Shown: positions 34,433-43,867 of the stretch, in pieces
Position numbering within the stretch: position 1 is the first letter of the stretch
How the letters are laid out: each line of letters begins with the position of its first letter
Made by a program: the position numbers and the translations under genes
Assembly (NCBI GenBank): GCA_965214495.1
Contig: OZ243958.1
Span: 157,819 to 221,818, forward strand
Direction: 5' to 3'
DNA: 64,000 bases
Source: Alphaproteobacteria bacterium
GTDB taxonomy: Bacteria > Pseudomonadota > Alphaproteobacteria > UBA7887
Notes under the pieces: model-generated
Told to the model about the DNA's origin: nothing
Seen by the model: the letters and a program-made list of their open reading frames with translations, nothing else
The model's database searches: none

Positions 34433-35998
34433 TCAATTCACCTGTTTCTCGTGGCCCTCCCACCAGGGCTTGCGGAGCTCGGTTTTGAGGATTTTACCGG
34501 CCCCCGACAGCGGCATCGGCGCGGTGCGAAATTCGACGCTGCGTGGGCACTTGAACCCGGCGATCCGGTCGCGGCAATGGCGCATGATCGCGTCGCCATC
34601 GACAGCCTCGCCGTCCCTGAGGCGAACGACCGCGTGCACGCGCTCGCCCCATTTCACGTCCGGAACGCCGATCACCGCGCATTCGGCGACCGCCGGATGT
34701 TCGTGCACCGCGTTCTCGACCTCCGCGGAATAGACGTTCTCGCCGCCGGAAATGATCATGTCCTTCATCCGGTCCACGACATAGACGAAACCGTCGTCAT
34801 TCATCGTACCGCCGTCGCCGGTGCGCATCCAGCCGCCGCGCAGGGCCCGCGCCGTGAGCTCCGGCTGGCGCCAGTATCCCATCATGACGTTGGCGCCGCG
34901 GACCACGATCTCGCCCATTTCGCCGCGCGGGACCTCATTGTCCTCCGCATCGACCACGCGCACTTCCACACCCGGAACCGCATGGCCCACCGACCGGAAC
35001 AGATGGGCGTTCTTCCCCTCGAAGACGTGATATTCCGGTCCGCAGGCCGTCACCAGCGGCGCGCATTCCGTTTGACCGTAGGCGTGGCTGAACGAACAGT
35101 CGGGCAGCACCGCCATCGCCTTGAGAATCACCGCTTCCGGCATCGGCGAGGCGCCATAGGTGACGTGGCGCAGGCTGGAAAGGTCGTGTTTGCCGATGTC
35201 GGGGTGATTCACCAGCATGTTGCACATCGTCGGCACCAGCAATTGATCGGTGATGCGATGCCGTTGGGTTGCCTCCATGACGAGCACCGGATCGAACGCC
35301 GGAATGAAGTAGTGACTCGCGGCGATCTGGGTGATGCCGAATACCGCGGCGCAATCTGCGATGTGGAACATCGGCGCGGCGTGCAGCCACCGCGCGTTGG
35401 TGTCGATTCGCAACGCTGGCAGAGTATTGAAAGCGTTGAACACCAGGTTGCGATGGCTCAGCATGACCCCCTTGGAGCGTCCGGTCGTGCCGCCGGTGTA
35501 GAAGATGCCGGCAAGATCCTCGTAACCGCGTTCGGCGTCTGCGGCAGGTTCGTTCGCCGCGATCAGCGCGTCGTGCGAAACCATCCCTTCGGGAGGCTCC
35601 CCGGTCCCCATCCACACCAGTTGCGTCACGGACGGGATCGCGCCGTCGTCTTTCAACTTGCGGGCGAGTGGGGCGAAAGCATCGTCGCAGAACAGCACGC
35701 GCGCTTCGCTGTCGCTCACCCAATACGCGACCTCCGGCGGCGCGAGGCGCGTATTGACCGGAACGAACACCCCGCCCGCCCACGCCGTGCCGTAGATACA
35801 TTCGTAGTAGCGGTCGCCGTTCAACGCCAGGACCGCGGTGCGCGCGCCGTCGGCGATTCCAAACCCGCGCAGCGCGCCGGCCAGCCGGGCGATTCGCTCC
35901 GCGCATTCGCGCCACGTCCGCGTGCGCGCGCCGTCGCAGGTGGCGACTCCGCCGCCGCGCACCTGGGCGGCGCGTTTGACCGCCTGGGTCAGATACAT
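34433..35998 (-). CDS. AMP-dependent acyl-CoA synthetase (long-chain-fatty-acid--CoA ligase family)
   Basis: AMP-binding motif FYTGGTTGRSKGVMLSHRNL is present, along with GYWR, TGD....DGF.YVVDR.KDMIISGGENVYS.EVE and GKILK. Start at ATG 35998 (MYLTQAVKR...). Confidence 0.88.
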   Translation of the reverse strand: MYLTQAVKRAAQVRGGGVATCDGARTRTWRECAERIARLAGALRGFGIADGARTAVLALNGDRYYECIYGTAWAGGVFVPVNTRLAPPEVAYWVSDSEARVLFCDDAFAPLARKLKDDGAIPSVTQLVWMGTGEPPEGMVSHDALIAANEPAADAERGYEDLAGIFYTGGTTGRSKGVMLSHRNLVFNAFNTLPALRIDTNARWLHAAPMFHIADCAAVFGITQIAASHYFIPAFDPVLVMEATQRHRITDQLLVPTMCNMLVNHPDIGKHDLSSLRHVTYGASPMPEAVILKAMAVLPDCSFSHAYGQTECAPLVTACGPEYHVFEGKNAHLFRSVGHAVPGVEVRVVDAEDNEVPRGEMGEIVVRGANVMMGYWRQPELTARALRGGWMRTGDGGTMNDDGFVYVVDRMKDMIISGGENVYSAEVENAVHEHPAVAECAVIGVPDVKWGERVHAVVRLRDGEAVDGDAIMRHCRDRIAGFKCPRSVEFRTAPMPLSGAGKILKTELRKPWWEGHEKQVN

Positions 35999-36077
35999 GC
36001 CAACCTCCCTTCGCACTCCGCGCCCTGTTGTGTCATATCCCGACGGTCCGGGCCACAAGCGACGACGGGAGGAAAGC

Positions 36078-36920
36078 ATGGACACGGGAACGTTTCGCGG
36101 TTTCACGGTGACCCTCGGGGCGCGGGGCGTTGCCTGGATCGCGTTCGACGCGCCGGAGCGCCTGAACGGCATGGCGTCGGCGATGAAGCGCGACCTGATC
36201 GAGATCCTGACCCAGATCCAGATGGACGATGCCGTGCGCGTGGCGGTGTTCATCGGCGAGGGGCGCGCATTCTCCGCCGGCGACGACCTCAAGGGCTACC
36301 GGACCGCCTACGCCGACGACAAGGGGCTGGTGCCGCCCCTGCCTGCGGGCCACGACAGCGCCATCGGGACCTATGACGGGTTGCGCACCGTCTCGCAGTC
36401 GGTCAACCGCGCGATCCGCGACCTCGACAAACTGACCATCGCGGCGATCAACGGGATCGCGATCCAGACCGGTTTCTCGCTGGCCCTGGTGTGCGACTTC
36501 CGAATCGCCGCCGCCTCGGCGCGTCTCGGCAGCGCCACGTTGCGCTTCGCGCTCATGCCCGACGAGGGCGGGCACTATCTGCTGGTACAGCATCTCGGAC
36601 TGGCGCGGACGATGGATTTTCTCATGCGCAAGCGCATCGTCACCGCCCGCGAAGCGCTCGATCTCGGCCTGGTGCACGAGGTGGTGGAAGACGGCGAATT
36701 GCGCGATGCGGCTGCGGCGTTGGCCGCGGAACTCGCGGAAGGACCGCAGACCGCCATGCGCCTTCTCAAGCGCGCGATCTATCTCGCCGCGGAAACCGGC
36801 TTCGCCCAGTCGCTCGACGACATCGCCGCGCGAACGGCGGTGGTCGATCATCACCCCGACGCGGCCGAAGGAATCGCTGCGTTCAAGGAGAAACGTCGAC
36901 CGCGCTTCAACGCCGGTTAG
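36078..36920 (+). CDS. Enoyl-CoA hydratase/isomerase family protein
   Basis: The crotonase fold shows RLNGM......L, G.GRAFSAGDDLK, IAAINGIA..GF.LAL.CDFRIAA..A.LG, EGI.AF.EKR.P.F. Confidence 0.85.
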   Translation: MDTGTFRGFTVTLGARGVAWIAFDAPERLNGMASAMKRDLIEILTQIQMDDAVRVAVFIGEGRAFSAGDDLKGYRTAYADDKGLVPPLPAGHDSAIGTYDGLRTVSQSVNRAIRDLDKLTIAAINGIAIQTGFSLALVCDFRIAAASARLGSATLRFALMPDEGGHYLLVQHLGLARTMDFLMRKRIVTAREALDLGLVHEVVEDGELRDAAAALAAELAEGPQTAMRLLKRAIYLAAETGFAQSLDDIAARTAVVDHHPDAAEGIAAFKEKRRPRFNAG

Positions 36921-37150
36921 CCGTCGCGCCCGCATTCCAGGGGCCGCTCGATTCCGTGTGCCCGGCAGAATCCGGTTTCATGGCGCTGCCGACGTCGTGG
37001 CGTGAATTGCCGCAACGCTTGACCGTTCGCGACCGGCCATGGAAAATCACGGTTTCGCGCACGTTCGGCGTTCCGGTTCCGAAAGCGTCGCTGTCGGTCT
37101 CGTTCGCCCGGAAGCGCGGATCCGCTTGAAAGCGAAGGGAGGGCGCAGAT

Positions 37151-38965
37151 ATGACGATGCGAATCCACGCAACACTGTCTGGGGCTGTCGCCGGGTTGGC
37201 CGGCGCTGCCTTGGTCGCGGCCGCCGCCTGGGCCGCCGACGTGACGCACGAGCGTCTCGTCAATAGCGAGGCGGAGCCGGAAAACTGGCTCAATCATCAC
37301 GGCAACTACGAGTCGCACCGGTTCTCGAGCCTCGATCAGATCAACCGCGACAACGTGGCCGACCTCAAGGTCGCGTTCACCTGGGCGATGGGCGACACCC
37401 AGGGCGGCGGCACGGACCTGATCGTCTGGCCGTTCTCCGGTCTCGAGGGAACGCCGATCGCCGAAGACGGCTTCCTCTATCTCACCACCGGCTGGGGCGT
37501 GGTGACCAAGCTCGACGTGCGCAGCGGCGGGCCGCGGATGGTGTGGAAATACGATCCCAAAGCCGACCGCGACTACGCGCCGACCGTGACTTGCTGCGGC
37601 ATCAACAACCGTGGCGCGGTTTTCTACGGCGACATGGTGATCTCCGGCGTCATCGACGGCCGTTTGATCGCGCTCGACAAGGACACCGGCAGTCTCGTCT
37701 GGGAGGCGCAGGTCTCCGATCCGGGCAACGCCGAGGTGATTACCGGCGCGCCGCTGATCGTCAGGGACACGGTGGTGACCGGCATGGCGGGCGCCGAGTT
37801 CGGCGTGCGCGGCTACCTGGAGGCGCGCGACGCGCGGACCGGAGAGTTCGTCTGGCGCACCTACATGATTCCGGGCGAGGGCGAGCCGGGCAACGAGACC
37901 TGGAAGGACGACTACGGCGCCTGGAAGACCGGCGGCGCCACCACCTGGGTCACCGGCGCCTACGATCCCGACCTCAACCTGATCATCTGGGGCACCGCGA
38001 ATCCGGGGCCGGACTGGGACAACGCCTATCGTCCCGGCGACAATCTGTGGACTGACAGCAGCGTCGCGCTCGATGCCGACACGGGCGAGTTCAAGTGGGG
38101 CTTCCAGCACACGCCGAACGACCCCTACGACTTCGACTCGATCGCCGAACACACGCTCGTGGACGGCATGATCAACGGCCAGTTCGTGAAGGCGGTGCTG
38201 CACGCCAACCGCAACGGCTTTGCCTACGCGCTCGATCGCACCAACGGCAAGTTCATCTGGGGCACGCAGTTCGTGAAACGGCTGAACTGGACCGACGGTC
38301 TGGACGAGAACGGCCGGCCGGTCTCCTATAACCCCGACGTCGACGTGCAGACCTACAATCCGGGCACGGCGGCGGCGCGCGGCAACGCGACCGAGGGCCG
38401 GGGTGAAATCGAGGGCTTCGTCTGCCCCGCCCACACGGGCGGCAAGAACTGGCCCCCGACCGCCTACAACCCGCACACCAACTACTACTACATCCCGGTC
38501 ATCGAGAGCTGCAACAAGGCGTTCGCCGAAGTGACGGTGCCCGGCATGCACAAGCCGCGCGACCTGTTCCTGGGCGGCGCCCCGTTCTTCGATTTCTCGG
38601 GCGAGCACGGCCGCATCACCGGCAGTGTGACGGCGATCAACGTCGCCACCGGCATGGTGGTCCAGAAATACGAAACCACCTTCCCGCTGCTCGGCGGTAT
38701 GCTGACCACCGCCGGCGGTCTGGTGTTCACCGGCCTCGCCGAGGGCGAGGTCGTGGCGCTCGACGCGGTGACCCTCGAAGAACTGTGGCGTTTCGAAACC
38801 GGTTCGGCGATCAACGCCCCGCCGATGACCTTCTCGGTCGGCGGCAAGCAATACATCGCCATCGAGGTGGGCCTGGGCGGCGCATGGCCGCAGTGGTTCA
38901 CCGACTCGACACCGGAACTCAAGACAGCGGTGCCGAGCAACGTCCTCTACGTTTTCTCGCTGTAG
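37151..38965 (+). CDS. PQQ-dependent alcohol (methanol/ethanol family) dehydrogenase, predicted lanthanide-type
   Basis: A signal peptide is followed by W(L)NHHGNY...R(F)S.L.QIN, the vicinal Cys pair TCCGINNRG, W-docking repeats, and HTPNDPYDFDSIAE. That last motif carries the catalytic Asp plus an Asp two residues later (D-F-D, nt 38129-38137). Confidence 0.85.
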   Translation: MTMRIHATLSGAVAGLAGAALVAAAAWAADVTHERLVNSEAEPENWLNHHGNYESHRFSSLDQINRDNVADLKVAFTWAMGDTQGGGTDLIVWPFSGLEGTPIAEDGFLYLTTGWGVVTKLDVRSGGPRMVWKYDPKADRDYAPTVTCCGINNRGAVFYGDMVISGVIDGRLIALDKDTGSLVWEAQVSDPGNAEVITGAPLIVRDTVVTGMAGAEFGVRGYLEARDARTGEFVWRTYMIPGEGEPGNETWKDDYGAWKTGGATTWVTGAYDPDLNLIIWGTANPGPDWDNAYRPGDNLWTDSSVALDADTGEFKWGFQHTPNDPYDFDSIAEHTLVDGMINGQFVKAVLHANRNGFAYALDRTNGKFIWGTQFVKRLNWTDGLDENGRPVSYNPDVDVQTYNPGTAAARGNATEGRGEIEGFVCPAHTGGKNWPPTAYNPHTNYYYIPVIESCNKAFAEVTVPGMHKPRDLFLGGAPFFDFSGEHGRITGSVTAINVATGMVVQKYETTFPLLGGMLTTAGGLVFTGLAEGEVVALDAVTLEELWRFETGSAINAPPMTFSVGGKQYIAIEVGLGGAWPQWFTDSTPELKTAVPSNVLYVFSL

Positions 38966-39005
38966 GCGGGCGTAACGCGGCGGCTTCGCCGCCGTCGATT
39001 CGACA

Positions 39006-39029
39006 GGAGCGGGCTTCGCGGCCCGCTCC
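39006..39029 (+). terminator. Hairpin plus T-rich tail between the PQQ dehydrogenase and cytochrome c genes (possible attenuating terminator)
   Basis: GGAGCGGGC-TTCGCG-GCCCGCTCC forms a 9-bp GC stem, followed by TTCCCTTTCTCC. Confidence 0.4.
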
Positions 39030-39075
39030 TTCCCTTTCTCCCGCATTTCCGATCCGCAACCGCCGGAGCACGGTC

Positions 39076-39465
39076 ATGACGACACGCGACCCCGCCTGCG
39101 GCCCCCGCCGTTTCCTGTGCGCCGCTGCCTCGACGATGATCGTCGCGTTCGCGAGTGCGCCGACGAACGCACAGAATGCGGAATCCGACGTGCCGCGGCG
39201 CGACCCCGCCATCACGTTCGCGGACTCCTGCGCGAGTTGCCATAAGGCGGACGGTCGCGGCGGCCCCGGCTACGGCGGTTACGCGGCCAACCTGCGGACG
39301 ACGGCGCTGAGCGCCGGCGAGATCGTGGAAGTCGTCACCGAGGGGCGCCAGGACCGCGGGATGCCCCTCTTCAGGGCGGTGCTGGAGCCAGGCGAAATTG
39401 CCGATCTGGCGACGTTCATTCTGGTCGAATTGCGTGACGAACCGGAGAACGGCGACGACGAGTAA
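39076..39465 (+). CDS. c-type cytochrome (likely electron acceptor of the adjacent PQQ dehydrogenase)
   Basis: A signal-like N-terminus, the haem-binding CASCH motif and a downstream Met ligand region (RGMPLF) are present. 129 aa, immediately 3' of the dehydrogenase. Confidence 0.75.
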   Translation: MTTRDPACGPRRFLCAAASTMIVAFASAPTNAQNAESDVPRRDPAITFADSCASCHKADGRGGPGYGGYAANLRTTALSAGEIVEVVTEGRQDRGMPLFRAVLEPGEIADLATFILVELRDEPENGDDE

Positions 39466-39477
39466 CCCCGCCCGGTC

Positions 39478-39906
39478 TCACTCCGCGGGCGCTCCGCGTG
39501 CCCGGCCGAGCTCGTCGGGACTCATTTTCTTTTCCAGGCGGCCGCGCCAGGGCTCCAGATAGTCGTCGCCTGCCTCCATCGCCGCGGTCAGCCAGCGCCA
39601 GGCCTGCGGGTAGTCGCGGTGCGTGCCTTCGCCCATCTGGACGTAAACCATCTTGAGCAGCATCCGGCCGCCGCGAAAGCCGGCGTCGCGCGATCGGCGC
39701 GCCCAGTCGAAGGCTTCCGTCAGGTCGCCGGTTTCGCGTCCCGCCAGGTAGGCCTCGCGGCCGATCATGTACATCGCCAGCGGGTCGCCGTTCTCCGCCT
39801 TGCAGAGATTGCCCGCAGGACCGGCCGGGCAGGCGGCCTGTGCAAGCGCGGCAAAAGCTGCGAGCGCGAGACCGAACGCCGGAACTCCGAACCACAATGC
39901 CTTCAT
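39478..39906 (-). CDS. Secreted Sel1/TPR-like repeat protein (hypothetical)
   Basis: Signal peptide MKALWFGVPAFGLALAAFAALAQA. Weak Sel1-like patterns (A..W.R.S.DAGF..G...L..MY..G.G...D...AW.WL..A) are present. Confidence 0.45.
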   Translation of the reverse strand: MKALWFGVPAFGLALAAFAALAQAACPAGPAGNLCKAENGDPLAMYMIGREAYLAGRETGDLTEAFDWARRSRDAGFRGGRMLLKMVYVQMGEGTHRDYPQAWRWLTAAMEAGDDYLEPWRGRLEKKMSPDELGRARGAPAE

Positions 39907-40093
39907 CGCTCTTTCCCGTCCCCGATATATTCCGAACCTGCACGACTATTACGCCCGGCACGGCGGCGCGGTCAAACTGCCGCCTTCTCTCGACGGCGCC
40001 GAGGAGCAGATGGGCCTCGACGCCGCGAGCGTCCGGCGTCCCGCCCGCTGCGTTCGAACCTGTGAACGGGCGTTCGGCACGATCGCTCCGCGT

Positions 40094-41062
40094 TCATGCC
40101 CCGGCGGCACGCTGCCGCGAACCCAGCAGTCGGTCGAAGTAGTCGATCGTCTTCTCGAGCCCCGTCTCCATTGGCGTGGTGGGTATCCAGCCAAGGACCT
40201 TCCCGGCCTTCGCGATATCGGGCTGCCGCCGCCGCGGATCGTCTTTCGGCAGCTTCGTGTGAACGATTCTCGATCTCGATCCGGTCAGGCGAACGACCAT
40301 GTCGGCGAGCTCCCGGATGGTGATCTCCTCGGGGTTACCGAGGTTGATCGGCCCTGTGACGTCGTCAGGGGTGTTCATCAGCCTCACCAGGCCGTCGATG
40401 AGGTCGTCGACATAGCAGAACGATCGGGTTTGCTCGCCGTCGCCGTGAATAGTAATAGGCTCGTCTCAGAGCGCTTGAGTAATGAAGGCCGATACCACGC
40501 GGCCGTCGTCAACGAGCATGCGCGGTCCATAGGTGTTGAAGATCCGTGCAACCTTGATCGAAGCGCCGTGCTGTCGTCGGTAATCGAAGAACAGTGTTTC
40601 GGCACAGCGCTTACCCTCGTCATAGCAGGAGCGCGGTCCGATCGGATTGACATTGCCCCAATAATCCTCGGTTCGCGGATGAGCGTCGGGGTCGCCATAT
40701 ACTTCGCTGGTCGAAGCTTGGAGAATAGGCGCCCGCACCCGTTTCGCGAGCCCCAGCATGTTGATCGCCCCTTGGACGCTGACCTTGACCGTCTGCACCG
40801 GATCGAACTGGTAGCTTTTCGGCGAAGCGGGACAGGCGAGATTATAGATCTGATCGACTTCGATATAGAGAGGAAATATAATGTCGTGTCGGATGGCCTC
40901 GAAATTCGGGGCCGACATTGTGGCCGTAATGTTGGCTCGACGTCCGGAAAAATAATTGTCGACGCAAATAACCTCGTTATTTTGCGCGAGCAGCCGGTCG
41001 CAAAGATGGGAGCCGAGAAACCCGGCCCCGCCGGTCACCAATACACTGTTTCGATTTTTCAT
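40094..41062 (-). pseudogene. UDP-glucuronate decarboxylase (UXS)-like SDR, interrupted by an in-frame TGA
   Basis: [16 protein letters not shown]......[35 protein letters not shown] and [12 protein letters not shown] read through TGA at 40466-40468 into DEPITIHGDGEQTRSFCYVDDLIDGLVRLMN...GP.NLGNP.E.TI.ELA in the same frame. The whole 40094-41062 span is 969 nt (323 codons). GC is visibly lower than in the neighbours. Confidence 0.75.
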
Positions 41063-41160
41063 CGTCGCGTCCCGTCGCCATCATACCTTGGTCGCCATCA
41101 TGATCGAACCGCTCGATCGACGGCTCGTAGCCGCGCATTCTCTTGGATGCACAGGTTTCA

Positions 41161-41180
41161 AAGCCCGCGCGCGCGGGCTT
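41161..41180 (-). terminator. Probable intrinsic terminator of the M23 peptidase gene
   Basis: Perfect palindrome AAGCCCGCGCGCGCGGGCTT about 100 nt past the stop at 41281. On the minus strand it is followed by TGAAACC, so the U-tract is short. Confidence 0.45.
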
Positions 41181-41280
41181 CGTCGCGCGAAGTGCGCCTG
41201 CGCGATGGGACTCCGAATGCGATCGCCGCGGCCGCCATATCCGCAACGTCAACGGCAAGCTCGCTTCCGACGGTCGAATT

Positions 41281-43761
41281 TCATGGATAGGCAGGAATCG
41301 GTTCGGCGGGAAACGGGGTGGCCGGGGCGTCCGCCATGATGGGAGACCCGGCCGGCAACTCCCGGCTCAGGCGGTCGAGCTTGTCCCGGTTGCGCGCGAA
41401 CGCGGCCAGTTCGGAGCCGCCGAGTGGCTCGCCCGCCGGCAGGTCGATGGCGTTGGGGTTTACCTGCCTGCCATTGTAGATCACCTCGTAGTGGAGATGC
41501 GGCCCTGTGCTCCGGCCGCTCGAACCCACATAGCCGATGATTTCACCCTGCCTCACCCGTTTGCCTTGATGGAGCCCGTCGGCGTAGGCGCTCAGATGCG
41601 CATACGCCGTTTTGTACAGACCGTTGTGGCGGATGCGCACGTAGCGCCCATAATTTCCGAAACGCGACGCCCTTTCGACGATCCCGTCGCCTGCCGCGTA
41701 GATCGGTGTGCCCGTCGGCGCCCCGAAATCCAGGCCCTTGTGCATCCTGGTGTAGCCGAGGATCGGGTGGCGGCGCGCACCGAACCCCGACGTCAGCCGC
41801 GCACCGTCGATGGGCGTTCGCATGAGCGCCTTGCGCGTGCTCTGCCCGTCCCTGTCGAAGTAGTCCACTCGGCCACCGGGAAGCCGATGTCGGTACAAGG
41901 TCAACGGCACGCCTGACAGGATCAGTGACGTATAGAGGACGTCTCCCGTTTCCAATCGGTTGCCGTCTTCGTCGAAGAAAGTTTCGAAGATCGCTGAGAA
42001 ACGGTCGCCCGTCCGCACCTCGCGCTGGAGATCGACGCCGAAGCCGAGTATCCTGTTCAGGCTCATTATGACTTTCGCCGGCATGCCCGCGCTCTCGGCC
42101 GCCGCATACAGGCTCGAGTCGATCACCGCTTCGACGCGAACATGCGCGCGATAGCGCTCCTTCTCGACCAGGCCGGCGACGAGCGCTCCGTCCTCGAGAC
42201 GGACGATCTCCAATCGCGTGGACGGATTTACGTCGAGGCGAACTCTGCCGATCCCCGACGTCGGGTCGGACGTCGCCGCAGCGCGTTCATATTCCACGAC
42301 CGTTCCGGCGCGCAGGTCTCGCAAATCGTATAACTCACCCACAGCCTCGAAGGCGTCATGTGCGTCCCGATAGGCGAAACTTGCATCGACCAGAAGCTCG
42401 ATGAACGTCCCGCGGTTCGGAAGCGCGGCCCGGTCAGGACCGTCGCCGGCAAGAGCGGCGCGGGGAGCGCCGTCGATCCGGGCTGCCAGCGATGTCGGGG
42501 GAGCGTGGTGTGGAACGGGTCCGGCCGCTGCCACCGTTCGTTCGATCTCGGCAGCGTCGATCCTTCTCGCCTGGTAGCGCCCGTCAGGACCATGCGCGAC
42601 AGCGAAACCGCCGCCACGATTCGCCTCCAGCACGAGAGCTTGCAATCGCGGCTCGTCCCCCGCCGAATCGATTTCGACCATGAGCCTGCGGCCCGGACGA
42701 ATGCGCTTGAGATCGTAGATACCCCCAAGGCTGTGCGCCACGGCATCGATGGCCGTTGCGGACGCTCCGGCGCGTCTCAACAACACCGAAAGCGTGTCGC
42801 CGCGAGCGAACACGAACTCGCGCACGTCCGGCGGGGCGACCGGCGCGTCGGGATTCCCGGCTTCGACCGGCGGTCGCGCGGTGGCCTGCGAAGCGGCCGC
42901 TGCGGCTTCGGAGACACGTTCTGGGGAACGCTCCGACACCGCCCGACCTGCGACCGCAGCCTCGTCGACCGGCCGGGCGTCTCCGGCTGGCGATTCGACA
43001 TGCCATTGCCCGTCGGCGCCCCGTCCGATCACGTGTCTCTCTCCCGCCCGCGTCGTGAGAACGACGCTGCTCAGGCTCCGGCGTATCGCCCCTGCGTCGT
43101 GCGTGCGCTCGAAAATTGCCGTGACCTTCTGGCCGACGGGAAGGCGCCGTAGATCCACAAACTGACCGAGCAGTCTCGTCGCTGCATGGATGTCCCCGGG
43201 CGCCGCGCCGGCGTCGGTCAGCAACTCGCCGATATTCTCCCCCCGGCCCAGCGACAGGTCGCGACTCATGAGACCCGGTGCGGCTCCTTCGGACAGGACG
43301 AGGATGATCGATTCGAGCATGGCGACCGCCTCGGCGCGAGCGGTGCGGCGTGCGTGAAAGCGGTCGTCGAAATTCCGGTAGGCGACGGCGGCCGAACCGC
43401 CGTCCAGGGCGAGGATCAGCCCGATAAGGCGGTTGCCGATTTCAGGCCGCGGCAACGGCGCCAGATAGAGCGTCAGTGCCTGGCCGATCTGGAGCCGGCG
43501 CAAATTTACGACGTTTCCAAGAGCCCGCGAGACCATTGCGGTTTCCGCTCGGGAGAGTCCGTTGTCCAGCAGTAGCAAGTGGAGCGTCTGATTCTCGGCG
43601 AAGGTCACTTCGCGCTTGATCGCGTTTTCGGTCGAGAAATCGAGTCGCGACTGGCCCGCCGGCGCGCCCTCGCCGACGCGTTCCTCGAGATTGCCCGCCG
43701 CTGCCGTCGCGAGAAGATACAGGCACAATCCCGCGACACCCCCTACGCAATTTCGCCGCAT
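41281..43761 (-). CDS. M23 family metallopeptidase with a long repeated N-terminal region
   Basis: The C-terminal LytM domain shows HKGLDFGAPTGTPIYAAGDG.V, GNYG.YV.I.H, YAHL, G.VG.SG.STGPHLHYEV. The N-terminus holds four about 50-aa modules of the form (F/L)..G(D/E)(T/N)(L/I)..LL...G........A...LG...DLR.(L/I)..G. Start taken at ATG 43761 (MRRNCVGGVAGLCLYLLA); 43785 is also possible. Confidence 0.8.
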   Translation of the reverse strand: MRRNCVGGVAGLCLYLLATAAAGNLEERVGEGAPAGQSRLDFSTENAIKREVTFAENQTLHLLLLDNGLSRAETAMVSRALGNVVNLRRLQIGQALTLYLAPLPRPEIGNRLIGLILALDGGSAAVAYRNFDDRFHARRTARAEAVAMLESIILVLSEGAAPGLMSRDLSLGRGENIGELLTDAGAAPGDIHAATRLLGQFVDLRRLPVGQKVTAIFERTHDAGAIRRSLSSVVLTTRAGERHVIGRGADGQWHVESPAGDARPVDEAAVAGRAVSERSPERVSEAAAAASQATARPPVEAGNPDAPVAPPDVREFVFARGDTLSVLLRRAGASATAIDAVAHSLGGIYDLKRIRPGRRLMVEIDSAGDEPRLQALVLEANRGGGFAVAHGPDGRYQARRIDAAEIERTVAAAGPVPHHAPPTSLAARIDGAPRAALAGDGPDRAALPNRGTFIELLVDASFAYRDAHDAFEAVGELYDLRDLRAGTVVEYERAAATSDPTSGIGRVRLDVNPSTRLEIVRLEDGALVAGLVEKERYRAHVRVEAVIDSSLYAAAESAGMPAKVIMSLNRILGFGVDLQREVRTGDRFSAIFETFFDEDGNRLETGDVLYTSLILSGVPLTLYRHRLPGGRVDYFDRDGQSTRKALMRTPIDGARLTSGFGARRHPILGYTRMHKGLDFGAPTGTPIYAAGDGIVERASRFGNYGRYVRIRHNGLYKTAYAHLSAYADGLHQGKRVRQGEIIGYVGSSGRSTGPHLHYEVIYNGRQVNPNAIDLPAGEPLGGSELAAFARNRDKLDRLSRELPAGSPIMADAPATPFPAEPIPAYP

Positions 43762-43867
43762 GCGCTGACCTCGTGCTCCAGGCATTGACACCAGGCACCC
43801 GGCGAAAGCTTCCCGTTCGGCCCCGCCTCGCCGAAGATGCGCACCGTGCGCATGGAAAAACGGTTTG

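Noticed and set aside
36917-39046. 709-aa minus-strand ORF opposite the PQQ dehydrogenase. The same applies to 46680-49460 (plus), 46993-49131 (minus), 39767-41290 (plus) and 49525-50757 (minus).
   Set aside because: All are antisense or off-frame shadows of confidently identified genes (PQQ-ADH, fbiC, UXS, ACAD). They show no motifs and have biased Arg/Pro/Gly composition.
40466-40468. The in-frame TGA in the UXS-like gene as selenocysteine or programmed recoding
   Set aside because: The codon aligns with a conserved Arg, not a catalytic Cys. No SECIS-like hairpin is evident immediately downstream, and this enzyme family is not known to be a selenoprotein. A nonsense mutation or sequencing error is far more likely.
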